Below, piece after piece: positions 5,322 through 13,936 of a stretch of 39,069 bases of DNA. A program made the translations under genes and the position numbers. Under the pieces are notes generated by a model that ran no database searches, had not been told where the DNA came from, and was given only the letters and a program-made list of their open reading frames with translations. The stretch is from Oscillospiraceae bacterium. Its GTDB lineage: Bacteria; Bacillota; Clostridia; UMGS1883. Location: NCBI GenBank assembly GCA_022508735.1, contig JAFLUQ010000004.1:1-39069 (forward strand), read 5' to 3'. Each line of letters opens with the position of its first letter. Position 1 is the first letter of the stretch.

Positions 5322-8300
5322 TTATACTTCTTCAATAAAGTCGAGCTCGCCGGCAACAGTCTCGTCGGCAGCAGCTTCTTCAACCTCAAGAACGAATTCT
5401 ACGTCTTCAAGGTAGATAACAGCCTCAAGAGCCATAGCATCGCCGATCGTTATTGTCTTTCCGTCATTGGATACAGTAACGCCGCTCTTGATATCAGACT
5501 CTTTATCAGAAGCATACTTAATTGTGTCTGCGAATCTTACACCCGCATTGTAAACCTCTGCCTTAAGATCAATGGTGATCGTGTCATCATTATCTGTGAG
5601 GGTCATGAGCAGCTCCGCCTCAGCTGTAAGCTTTCTGTTAGTGAGATAGATACCGCCGTTATTCAGAACCTCCATAGCCTTAACAAGCTGATCCTCTTTA
5701 ATAACAGTATCAGCGTTCTTGGCTGCGAAGTCTGCTACTGCCTGTGCAACAAGGCTGTATACGCTGACAACAGCTGTTGCCTTGCTTTCAACTTCGTCGG
5801 TCACACCAACCGCCTGATAGCTGGCGTTAGTATCGGCAGTGGAGAAGGCCACGCCGGACTCACCGTTAAGCTCGCCAACTACGGGGTTCTCCTTATCGCC
5901 GTTCTTGTAAACCTTCACGCTGTCACCGCTGTAGGTGAAGTCGATAGTGAAGTCTTCAGCCTCATCATCCCAGCCAAGGCTTACGATAGGAGCGGGAATA
6001 GTTGCAGTTACTTCTTTGATCTCATCCTCACTGAGAGCAGTATTGAAGAACATGAAGTTGTCGATAGTGCCGTTGAAGTCCTGATTGTTGCCACGGTTAG
6101 CAGTATCAGTATACCACTGGCCACGACCGATGAGGTTGCGGTCTGTTGCGCCGGCGATCTGATATGCCTGATAGGTAACATTTGTGCCTGTAGCCTGAGT
6201 AACGATATTGTTATCACTGTCTACAGTATAAACTGTTGTTGTCTTTGTAGCAGCGTTATAGCTTGTAACAAGCCAATACTCGCCGCTAAGATATGCTCCG
6301 CCCTGAACCATAAGCGTTGTGCCGCCGGCATACTTGACACCCGCCTGATATCTGTTTCCGTCACGGGTATTAAGTCTGGTAAACATGCTGTTGCCGGAGT
6401 TCATTCCGAAGTCATAAAGTCTGGGATCCTGTCTGTCTGTACCACCGGAGATCTTCTGAACAACGGTGTAGCTGCGAACGCCCTTAAGGAAGTCATGAGG
6501 AACGTTCAGATAGCCGTTTGTATCCCAACCGTCAGCAGTGTTGGCGGTAAGGTCAAGCTTGCCGTTGTCAAAGTTAGCCTTGCTTCCCTTAACCTCGGCG
6601 TCAAGGCCGTTGCCGCTTACGTCGGGAACAATATTTCCGTCTACATTGTTGAAATCATAGTAGAACATAAGGTTCTCGTCCATAACGTCAACCTTTGCAA
6701 GCACGGTCACTGTGAACACCTTAGTGCTGTCGCCGGCCGAGGCTGTAAGAGTTACAACATGATCCTCGCCGTCACGGGTAACAGCGCCGGTAGCATCCAT
6801 AACGCCGTCGCCGTCTACAGTCCAGGTCACCGTCTTTCCGTCAGCCGTCTTAGTGGGAAGAACAAGGTCGGTAACAGTCTCAGACGGAATAGAGAGACCA
6901 TTGATAGTGTCAACACTGTCTTCATCAAACTCCTCGGCCGCGGCGCGAACCTCAGCCTGAGTGAAGGCCACATCGGCAGAGCGGAGATTGGTGATCATGC
7001 CCTCTCCGCCAAGTGTAACTGTGTCGCCAAGAGATACGTTCACGTTCTGCATGGTGGCGTCGATAAGGCCGTTTACATATGTAACGAGCTCAGAGCCGTC
7101 ATAGGTAATTGTGTAGTTGATCCAGCCGAGAGAACTCTGGCCCTTTGTGCCGCCGGTGCCGCCAAGACTGAAGTACCAGGCGGAGTCACTAAACAGATTC
7201 TGGCTCTTTTCAACAACACTGCCAACTGTGAGCTTGGGAGCCACAGCAGCATAATTGTGTGTGTTGTCAACTGTCTGCTTTTCAAGGTCGATCTTAAGGT
7301 TGCCGCTCTTGAGAAGAGTACCTTCGGCAGCCATATCGCTCTGGAGAAGCTCCAGAGAAATAGTGAACTCCTTGCCGGCAGTAATGGGAGCGGTCGCTGT
7401 AACGCCGTCGCCAACGCCGTAAATTTCTTCATCAACGCCGTCAAACTTGTTTACAACCGGAAGCTCCTTAAGCTCAGTTGTTGTCATCATCTGAACGGGA
7501 TAACCCAGACCGCCGTGCTGGTTGCTGTGGATCCAGTAGTAATAGTCACCGTTGAACCAGGTCAGGCGCAGGTCGCCTTCCTCGCTGCCGTTGGAAACGT
7601 AGGGACGGGCGTTATCCTTCATGGAATCCTTTGTGATAAATTCTTCGTCTGCAAGATCGGTGTAACTATCGTTAAGAGTCCATTTTACGATCTCCCAAAT
7701 TCTGCCGAATGCGCCGTCAACAGGAATAGATGCATAAACGATATGGGGATCAGCCTTATCAATGGACATACCGCCGCTGTAGCAGTTCTCAGTAGCGGGT
7801 GTCTGGTGGAAGAATGTGTTGAAGGAGGGATCGGGCAAATCGAAAATGTTCCAGCCACTGCCTGTATATGTAGCATAGTAGTAGTTGTGAACCTTTTTGC
7901 TGCCGTCGATCTTGACCATAGCTATAACAGGGAACTCAACCTTATTTTCACCTTCAACTCTTTCGTCAAGAGCGATCTCCCAAACCCAGTCACGGTAGTT
8001 GGCTGTACGATCTACCACATAATTGGGGTCGGTCTCGTTACCGCTTACAGTGTATACATTGCTCGATTTAAGGTCGCTGAGCTCGTTGCCCTTCATATCG
8101 TAAAGCTTGAGCTCGGGGATGCTGATATAGTTGCAGTAGATGGGGTTTGTACCTACATTGTCAGGATGTGTGCCGGTATAGGTGAGCCAGATCTTGTCCT
8201 TGCCGTTGGAAGCGTACTTGGCATAGGGCCTGATATTGCTGCCCAGAGTGGACTGCACGATCTGTCTGGGCCCCCAGGTAAATTTAGTTGTAAAGCCGTT

Positions 8301-9794
8301 ATCCTTAGAAGGCATTTCGAGCTGAGCGATCGTAGGATGCCATTCCACACCTCTCCATGTGAGATAGATGTGATCAGGGTCGCTTTCAAGAATAACAGGG
8401 TTGGGATATGTTGTATTCTTCTCCGTAGCGAGTCTGTGCTCCTCACCAAAGGTAGTAATATCATAGGCCTCCTTAGAGACTCTGTAGTAGAAGCAGGGTT
8501 CGTCGGTATGACGGGAGTAGAATATCATAATCTTATGGTCGGGGAGTTCGAGGAAGGTGGGGTTGTTATGGTCGTCGGGCTGCAGATTGCTGCGGACGAG
8601 TACTTCCTCGTAGTCGCCGGTAAGATTGTCATACTGTGTAGCTCTTACGTTACCTACGTTATCTATGTAGCCAATATAAGTGTAGTTCACGCCGTCACCC
8701 TTAACAGTAAGCGTTCTGGGATCGGCGAACCAGCAGGTGGCTCCGTCGGCGATAACGCTGCCGGTAATACCTGCGCCGTCAAATTTATTATACATGATCG
8801 TAATTACGTTGTCACTTCCTGCCTTAGGAGTTATAGTGAGGGTAGAATCCTTTTCACTATAGGTGTAGATGTCATCGCCGATTTTAATAGGCGCTGTGCT
8901 CTGGGGAACATATGTGAAGCTTTCTCCAACGGTAGCGAGAACCTCCTTATCATCCACACCGGAGGGGGTGCCGTCGGAAAGCACGGTCTTAACCGTCACC
9001 TTAACTACCTTTTCACTGTCAACATTAGCAGAGATCTTAAGTCCCTGAAGAGCCATAGCGGCATACTGGTTATTCCACTGAGGAATATTTGCGCTGATGC
9101 TGCCAAAGCCATTTATGCTGTCGATAGTCTCAGTTGTGATGACTTCAAATTCACCGTTTTTATCACTGTCATAGCTGTAGGTAACAGTATATGTTCCATC
9201 AGCAGCCTTTACCGCCTCAATGCGGAAAGGTACACCGCGCATACCGAGAACCTTGCTGCGATCATGGCTTACAAGAGCATATGCTGTACCGTTCACGCCG
9301 CCGATATCCATACCGGCATTCTGCACGCCGCCTGAGGTCGCGCTTCCCGCGTCAGTATAAACTGTGGCAAACTCTTTGCCGTCGACGTCAAGGAAATGCC
9401 ATCTCTGATACAAATCAGAGGCTTCCTGCGTTGCATAAGTGTACTCGATAACGATTTTATCGCTACCGGCGGTTATGGCGCCATCATCAAAGGTCGCAAC
9501 CTTTGTTTCGTCAGTTCCGTTTGCCCTTGCGCCTGTGCGGAAGAACATGAGTCCCGCAACACCCCATGGCGCAACGTTCCATGCGCCACCTGTGCTCCAC
9601 TGGGAACTGAACAGGGCACCACCCTCGTTGGCAGACCAGCCATAATCGGCAAGCTGGATATCGCCATGAGTGGCGGTGTCAATTTCGGCCGCGTCAAAGA
9701 CCACTGTTTCCTCAACAGCCGCAAATGCGTTAAGCACCGGGCATATTGAAAGAATCATTGCCAAGGCCACGACCAGGGAAATAAATTTTTTCAT
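5322..9794 (-). CDS. Giant secreted modular protein 1 (1490 aa): signal peptide, shared N-module, Ig-like domain, BNR_4-like beta-propeller, LamG, Ig-like, LamG, shared C-module
   Basis: Signal peptide MKKFISLVVALAMILSICPVLNAFA. BNR_4-like motifs QPDDHNNPTFLELPDHKIMIFYSRH. LamG_3-like segments LMFYYDFNN...GNGLDAEV and FNGTIDNFMFFNTALSEDEI. The C-terminal 221 aa are homologous to the C-terminus of 26003..30061. AAGGAGAG lies 7 nt upstream of the ATG. Confidence 0.85.
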   Translation of the reverse strand: MKKFISLVVALAMILSICPVLNAFAAVEETVVFDAAEIDTATHGDIQLADYGWSANEGGALFSSQWSTGGAWNVAPWGVAGLMFFRTGARANGTDETKVATFDDGAITAGSDKIVIEYTYATQEASDLYQRWHFLDVDGKEFATVYTDAGSATSGGVQNAGMDIGGVNGTAYALVSHDRSKVLGMRGVPFRIEAVKAADGTYTVTYSYDSDKNGEFEVITTETIDSINGFGSISANIPQWNNQYAAMALQGLKISANVDSEKVVKVTVKTVLSDGTPSGVDDKEVLATVGESFTYVPQSTAPIKIGDDIYTYSEKDSTLTITPKAGSDNVITIMYNKFDGAGITGSVIADGATCWFADPRTLTVKGDGVNYTYIGYIDNVGNVRATQYDNLTGDYEEVLVRSNLQPDDHNNPTFLELPDHKIMIFYSRHTDEPCFYYRVSKEAYDITTFGEEHRLATEKNTTYPNPVILESDPDHIYLTWRGVEWHPTIAQLEMPSKDNGFTTKFTWGPRQIVQSTLGSNIRPYAKYASNGKDKIWLTYTGTHPDNVGTNPIYCNYISIPELKLYDMKGNELSDLKSSNVYTVSGNETDPNYVVDRTANYRDWVWEIALDERVEGENKVEFPVIAMVKIDGSKKVHNYYYATYTGSGWNIFDLPDPSFNTFFHQTPATENCYSGGMSIDKADPHIVYASIPVDGAFGRIWEIVKWTLNDSYTDLADEEFITKDSMKDNARPYVSNGSEEGDLRLTWFNGDYYYWIHSNQHGGLGYPVQMMTTTELKELPVVNKFDGVDEEIYGVGDGVTATAPITAGKEFTISLELLQSDMAAEGTLLKSGNLKIDLEKQTVDNTHNYAAVAPKLTVGSVVEKSQNLFSDSAWYFSLGGTGGTKGQSSLGWINYTITYDGSELVTYVNGLIDATMQNVNVSLGDTVTLGGEGMITNLRSADVAFTQAEVRAAAEEFDEDSVDTINGLSIPSETVTDLVLPTKTADGKTVTWTVDGDGVMDATGAVTRDGEDHVVTLTASAGDSTKVFTVTVLAKVDVMDENLMFYYDFNNVDGNIVPDVSGNGLDAEVKGSKANFDNGKLDLTANTADGWDTNGYLNVPHDFLKGVRSYTVVQKISGGTDRQDPRLYDFGMNSGNSMFTRLNTRDGNRYQAGVKYAGGTTLMVQGGAYLSGEYWLVTSYNAATKTTTVYTVDSDNNIVTQATGTNVTYQAYQIAGATDRNLIGRGQWYTDTANRGNNQDFNGTIDNFMFFNTALSEDEIKEVTATIPAPIVSLGWDDEAEDFTIDFTYSGDSVKVYKNGDKENPVVGELNGESGVAFSTADTNASYQAVGVTDEVESKATAVVSVYSLVAQAVADFAAKNADTVIKEDQLVKAMEVLNNGGIYLTNRKLTAEAELLMTLTDNDDTITIDLKAEVYNAGVRFADTIKYASDKESDIKSGVTVSNDGKTITIGDAMALEAVIYLEDVEFVLEVEEAAADETVAGELDFIEEV

Positions 9795-9832
9795 GTAGTC
9801 TCTCTCCTTTTTTGATAAAATTACATAATATA

Positions 9833-9861
9833 ATTTTACACTATTATTCTTTTTTTGTCAA
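9833..9861 (-). promoter_or_regulatory. Sigma-A-type promoter for giant protein 1
   Basis: On the minus strand: TTGACA (9861-9856), a 17-nt spacer, then TAAAAT (9838-9833). Confidence 0.55.
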
Positions 9862-9942
9862 GCATTATTTGTTGATTTTGCACAAATATTCTCGCACATG
9901 AGCCTTTCGCACTTACCTCTTTATTTTGTAAACTTTTTTTCA

Positions 9943-9981
9943 CAAAATAACCCCTTTGTTTTTCACAAAGGGGTTATAAAA
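9943..9981 (-). terminator. Intrinsic terminator downstream of recA
   Basis: ATAACCCCTTTG / CAAAGGGGTTAT forms a 12-bp perfect stem with a 7-nt loop, followed by TTTT on the minus strand. Confidence 0.8.
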
Positions 9982-9993
9982 GCAATTATCTTT

Positions 9994-11070
9994 CTACTCC
10001 TCATCGCCCTCCGACGAAGATGGGATACCATAGGTCACCTCGGCTATCTTCATGCGTACAAGGCTGTCTATCATCTGAGTGAATTCGGGGTTTTCCTCCA
10101 TGTACTTACGAACGTTGTCGCGGCCCTGCCCGAGACGGTTGCCCTCATAGCTGAACCACGCTCCGCTGCGCTTTATTATGCCGAGCTCCTCGGCCACGTC
10201 AAGTATGCAGCCTTCTTGGCTGATGCCTTTGCCGTAGATTATGTCGAACTCCGCCTCCTTAAAGGGGGGCGCCACCTTATTTTTAACGACCTTAGCCCGG
10301 GTTCGGTTACCGATGAACTCAGCACCGTTCTTAATGGCGTCTATCCTTCTTATGTCAAGCCTTACCGAAGCATAGAACTTGAGAGCCCGGCCGCCGGCAG
10401 TGGTCTCGGGGTTGCCGTACATAACGCCGATCTTCTCACGGAGCTGATTTATGAAAATACAAACGGTGTTGCTCTTGTTAACCACACCTGCCAGCTTACG
10501 GAGAGCCTTGCTCATAAGACGGGCCTGAAGGCCCACATGAGAGTCGCCCATCTCGCCCTCGATCTCGGCCTGGGGCACCAGTGCGGCAACCGAGTCAACG
10601 ACTATAACATCCAGCGCACCGCTGCGGCACAGAGCCTCGGTTATTTCAAGGGCCTGCTCACCGGTATCGGGCTGAGAAACTATGAGGCTGTCAACGTCCA
10701 CGCCTATAGCCGCGGCGTAAACAGGGTCAAGGGCGTGCTCAGCATCTATAAAGGCCGCCTCTCCGCCGCGCTTCTGTGCCTCGGCCACCACATGAAGGGC
10801 GACCGTGGTCTTACCGCTGGACTCAGGGCCGTAAATTTCGATTATTCTGCCACGGGGAACGCCGCCGATACCGAGCGCCAGATCCAGACTCATGGCGCCG
10901 GTGGGGATCGCGTCCACATTCAGGCGCGGAGTCGCGCCAAGGCGCATAACGCTGCCCTTGCCGTATTGCTTCTCTATCTGGCCCATAGCGAGAGTAAGGG
11001 CCTCCTTTTTAGCTTCAGCCTCCTGTATGTCAACGACAGGGGCAATTTTTTTCTTATCATCTTTAGCCAT
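9994..11070 (-). CDS. recA: Recombinase RecA (358 aa)
   Basis: Unambiguous RecA sequence: [15 protein letters not shown], the Walker [20 protein letters not shown] and [23 protein letters not shown]. Confidence 0.98.
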   Translation of the reverse strand: MAKDDKKKIAPVVDIQEAEAKKEALTLAMGQIEKQYGKGSVMRLGATPRLNVDAIPTGAMSLDLALGIGGVPRGRIIEIYGPESSGKTTVALHVVAEAQKRGGEAAFIDAEHALDPVYAAAIGVDVDSLIVSQPDTGEQALEITEALCRSGALDVIVVDSVAALVPQAEIEGEMGDSHVGLQARLMSKALRKLAGVVNKSNTVCIFINQLREKIGVMYGNPETTAGGRALKFYASVRLDIRRIDAIKNGAEFIGNRTRAKVVKNKVAPPFKEAEFDIIYGKGISQEGCILDVAEELGIIKRSGAWFSYEGNRLGQGRDNVRKYMEENPEFTQMIDSLVRMKIAEVTYGIPSSSEGDEE

Positions 11071-11098
11071 TTTTATCTTCCTCCTTTTGTTTACTTAG

Positions 11099-11112
11099 CG
11101 AACATCTGTTCT
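11099..11112 (-). promoter_or_regulatory. LexA (Cheo/SOS) box overlapping the recA transcription start region
   Basis: The minus strand reads AGAACAGATGTTCG, a GAAC-N4-GTTC match to the Gram-positive SOS-box consensus CGAACnnnnGTTCG. It lies 2 nt downstream of the -10. Confidence 0.7.
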
Positions 11113-11113
11113 C

Positions 11114-11142
11114 ATTATATAACGAATTGTCCGATTTGTCAA
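11114..11142 (-). promoter_or_regulatory. Sigma-A promoter of recA
   Basis: On the minus strand: TTGACA (11142-11137), a 17-nt spacer, then TATAAT (11119-11114). Both hexamers match consensus. Confidence 0.7.
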
Positions 11143-11150
11143 TAATTTTT

Positions 11151-11633
11151 TTATATTTTATTTGAAGTGAGCCTGAGAGCCGCAAGCACGGTCTGCTTTC
11201 GTATTTCGTCGCGGCTTCCGCTTAGGTTCAGCTTTTCGGCCCAAGCGCCGCTCTCTGTAGATATACCCACATACACAAGACCAACCGGCTTTTCTGGAGT
11301 TCCGCCGCCGGGCCCGGCTATGCCGGTGACCGCAACGGCTATATCGGCTCCGCTCACCTTGCGCGCTCCCTCGGCCATTTCACGGGCAGTCTCGGGGCTC
11401 ACGGCCCCGTGCGAGAGAAGCGTATCGTGCCGCACGCCTAAAAGCTTCTCCTTTGCCTCGTTGGCATAGGTTATAAAGCCAAAGCCGTATACCTCGCTGG
11501 CACCGGGTACGCTCGTTAAACTCCCGCCTATCATGCCGCCGGTACAGCTTTCTGCGGTAGCCACGGTTTTGCGTTTTTCAGCCAACAGATCGACTAAATG
11601 TTTAGCCGAGGAAATGATCTCCTCATTTATCAT
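11151..11633 (-). CDS. cinA: CinA C-terminal-domain-only protein (PncC-type nicotinamide-nucleotide amidohydrolase family), 160 aa
   Basis: ATAESCTGGMIGGSLTSVPGASEVY...VAVTGIAGPGGG is the CinA/PncC signature. Start re-called to the ATG at 11633, with GAGGA 7 nt upstream; the track uses a TTG at 11660 inside the thiI stop region. It occupies the classic position upstream of recA. Confidence 0.8.
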   Translation of the reverse strand: MINEEIISSAKHLVDLLAEKRKTVATAESCTGGMIGGSLTSVPGASEVYGFGFITYANEAKEKLLGVRHDTLLSHGAVSPETAREMAEGARKVSGADIAVAVTGIAGPGGGTPEKPVGLVYVGISTESGAWAEKLNLSGSRDEIRKQTVLAALRLTSNKI

Positions 11634-11649
11634 TCCTAAATCCTCACTC

Positions 11650-12828
11650 CTAACCTTCAATCAACACCCATTCCGTCTCATCCACGGCCTTGTTGACCCA
11701 ATATTCCATATCTATCTTGCTTTGACTCTGGAGGACCTTGCCGAGCACGGGCTTTGTGGTCGGATGCTTAGGTACGAACACCGTACAGCAGTCCTCATAT
11801 GGCAAAATAGAGGTCTCAAAAGTGCCTATCTTTCTGGCAACGGAAACGATCTCGTCCTTGTCCATACCCACCAGCGGGCGGAACACAGGAAGATCCTTAA
11901 CAGCCTCATTTGTCACGCCGAGGGCGTGGATAGTCTGGCTGGCAACCTGCCCCAGGCTCTCGCCGGTTATCAGGGCAAGACTCTTGCTCTTTTTGGCCAG
12001 CCGCTCGGCTACCATCATCATCATGCGGCGCATTATGAGGGTCAGATGCTCCTCGGGGCAGTTGTCGCGAATAGCGAGCTGTTGCTCGGTAAAGGGAACG
12101 ATATACAGGCTGTACTTCCCTGTGTATCCCGCCAATATCCGCCCCAGCTCAATAACCTTTTCCTTGGCCAGATCGCTTGTATAGGGCGGGCTGAAAAAGT
12201 GAACAGCGTTCAGCTCAACGCCGCGCTTTGCCAGCATATAACCCGCAACGGGGCTGTCTATGCCTCCGCTGAGGAGCAGCGTGGCCCGGCCGTTGCTGCC
12301 GGTGGGCATACCTCCCGGCCCGGCGACGCGGGCAATGTCGGCATATACATAGGCCTCGTTTTCGCGTATCTCCACGCGGACTATGGTCCCCGGCTCGGCG
12401 ACGTTCACCTTAAGGTGACGGCTTCTGCGAAGCACCGCGCCGCCCATCTCGCGGCTTATGGCCGGAGAGTCAAAGGGGAACTTTTTGTCGCTGCGCTTGG
12501 CCTCTACCTTGAAGGTATCCACCAGCTCCATATACGGAGCCAGATACTCCGGGCCTTCCTTTAATATAACGTCCATGTCCTTCGGGAAAACTCCGGCACG
12601 GGCAATGAACACTATGCCGAATATCTTCTGAAGGCGGGCTATTATGTCGTCAACGTCAGCTCCATCGTCGGGCTCAACATAGGTTATGGCCTGAGATTTG
12701 CGCACGCTCTTGAAGCTGTCTTTAGGCAGAGCCTTTTTTATGTTGCCGATGAGCAGGTCCTCAAAGCGGCTGCGGTTCAGGCCCTTGAGAATGATCTCAC
12801 CGTATTTTATCAGGATTATTTCTCTCAT
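11650..12828 (-). CDS. thiI: tRNA uracil 4-sulfurtransferase ThiI (392 aa, no rhodanese domain)
   Basis: N-terminal ferredoxin-like/THUMP region MREIILIKYGEIILKG. PP-loop LLLSGGIDSPVA. Confidence 0.9.
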   Translation of the reverse strand: MREIILIKYGEIILKGLNRSRFEDLLIGNIKKALPKDSFKSVRKSQAITYVEPDDGADVDDIIARLQKIFGIVFIARAGVFPKDMDVILKEGPEYLAPYMELVDTFKVEAKRSDKKFPFDSPAISREMGGAVLRRSRHLKVNVAEPGTIVRVEIRENEAYVYADIARVAGPGGMPTGSNGRATLLLSGGIDSPVAGYMLAKRGVELNAVHFFSPPYTSDLAKEKVIELGRILAGYTGKYSLYIVPFTEQQLAIRDNCPEEHLTLIMRRMMMMVAERLAKKSKSLALITGESLGQVASQTIHALGVTNEAVKDLPVFRPLVGMDKDEIVSVARKIGTFETSILPYEDCCTVFVPKHPTTKPVLGKVLQSQSKIDMEYWVNKAVDETEWVLIEG

Positions 12829-12829
12829 T

Positions 12830-13936
12830 TTATCTTCTCCATTTCTCGGCAGCCTCTTTTACAGCTGCAACCGTCGCCTCAATTTCAGCCTCGGTGTTAT
12901 AGCGCGACAAACTGAACCGGACTGAATTGTCAGCCATAGCGCCCATAGCTTTAAGCACATGACTGCCGCCGGATTTAGCCGAGGCGCAGGCGCTGCCGCT
13001 GGATACGCCTATCCCGGCCGAATTCAGGGCGTTCAGCATGACCTCGCTGCGTATACCCTCAAAGGATATATTAAGGATATATGGGCTTTCGTTTTCACCG
13101 CCGTTATGCACTGTGCCGGGTATCTTCAGAACTTCTTCCATAAGTCGGGCCTTGAGCGCCGGAACATGCTCCCCGCCAGACTTCATCAGCTCCGCCGCCA
13201 TGGCAAGGCCGGCAATGGCCGGGAGGTTTTCTGTGCCGCTTCTGAGGCCTCTTTCCTGACCGCCTCCATAGACCGTTTCTTTAAGCGTCACGCCCTTTCG
13301 AACGTAAAGCGCGCCGATCCCCCGTGGGCCGTGTATTTTATGGCCGCTGATGCTGACCATGTCTACGCCCCAGCGGGCGAAATTCAGCGGTATGTGCCCA
13401 AAGGCCTGCACCGCGTCGGTGTGTAGGAGGGCCCTCGGCGCGGCCTTTTGCAGGATAGGCTTTATTTTATCCACCGGCATTATGGCTCCGGTCTCGTTGT
13501 TCACGGCCATGACCGACACGAGGCAGGTCTCGGCGTTAATGGCTTCGCGGAAGGTCTCAAGGGGCACAACGCCGTCTTTTCCGGGATTGAGGTATACCAC
13601 CTCAAACCCCTGCTCGCCTAACCGCTTCATGCACTCCAGAACAGCCGGATGCTCCACGGCAGTGGTAACGACGCGCTTTCCCTTTTTTATGTTAGCGCCG
13701 CCCAGCACCGCTATATTATCGCTCTCGGTGCCGCCGGATGTGAAGTATACCTCATCGGGCTGCACGCCCATGGTTTTTGCCAGCCTTTTCCGGCAGTCCT
13801 CAAGGTGCTTCGCGGCCTCGGCTCCGAGCCTGTGGCGGCTCGACGGATTGCCGGGATAGTACGTCATGCAGTCCACCATTTCACGGACTACCTCCGGCGC
13901 GGTCAGGGTAGTTGCGCTATTATCCAAATAAATCAT
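12830..13936 (-). CDS. iscS: Cysteine desulfurase (NifS/IscS class V aminotransferase), 368 aa
   Basis: MIYLDNSATT start, the PLP-lysine region SISGHKIHGPRGIGALY, and the active-site Cys loop SSGSACAS. There is a 1-nt gap to thiI, the conserved desulfurase-thiI pairing. Confidence 0.85.
   Translation of the reverse strand: MIYLDNSATTLTAPEVVREMVDCMTYYPGNPSSRHRLGAEAAKHLEDCRKRLAKTMGVQPDEVYFTSGGTESDNIAVLGGANIKKGKRVVTTAVEHPAVLECMKRLGEQGFEVVYLNPGKDGVVPLETFREAINAETCLVSVMAVNNETGAIMPVDKIKPILQKAAPRALLHTDAVQAFGHIPLNFARWGVDMVSISGHKIHGPRGIGALYVRKGVTLKETVYGGGQERGLRSGTENLPAIAGLAMAAELMKSGGEHVPALKARLMEEVLKIPGTVHNGGENESPYILNISFEGIRSEVMLNALNSAGIGVSSGSACASAKSGGSHVLKAMGAMADNSVRFSLSRYNTEAEIEATVAAVKEAAEKWRR

Noticed and set aside
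6495-9335. A 946-aa ORF on the plus strand inside the giant protein 1 gene.
   Set aside because: It is an antisense shadow of a gene with strong domain signatures on the minus strand. The translation is low-complexity (Val/Ala/Gly/Asn-rich) with no recognisable motif, no SD and no independent promoter.
9898-11145. A 415-aa plus-strand ORF covering recA. Similar long antisense ORFs occur at 11533..12564, 16469..17980, 19117..20283, 34541..35401 and 36771..37523.
   Set aside because: All lie exactly opposite unambiguous conserved genes (recA, thiI, ABC exporter, parC, phoH, pgpH). They are the stop-poor antisense frames typical of G+C-rich coding DNA.
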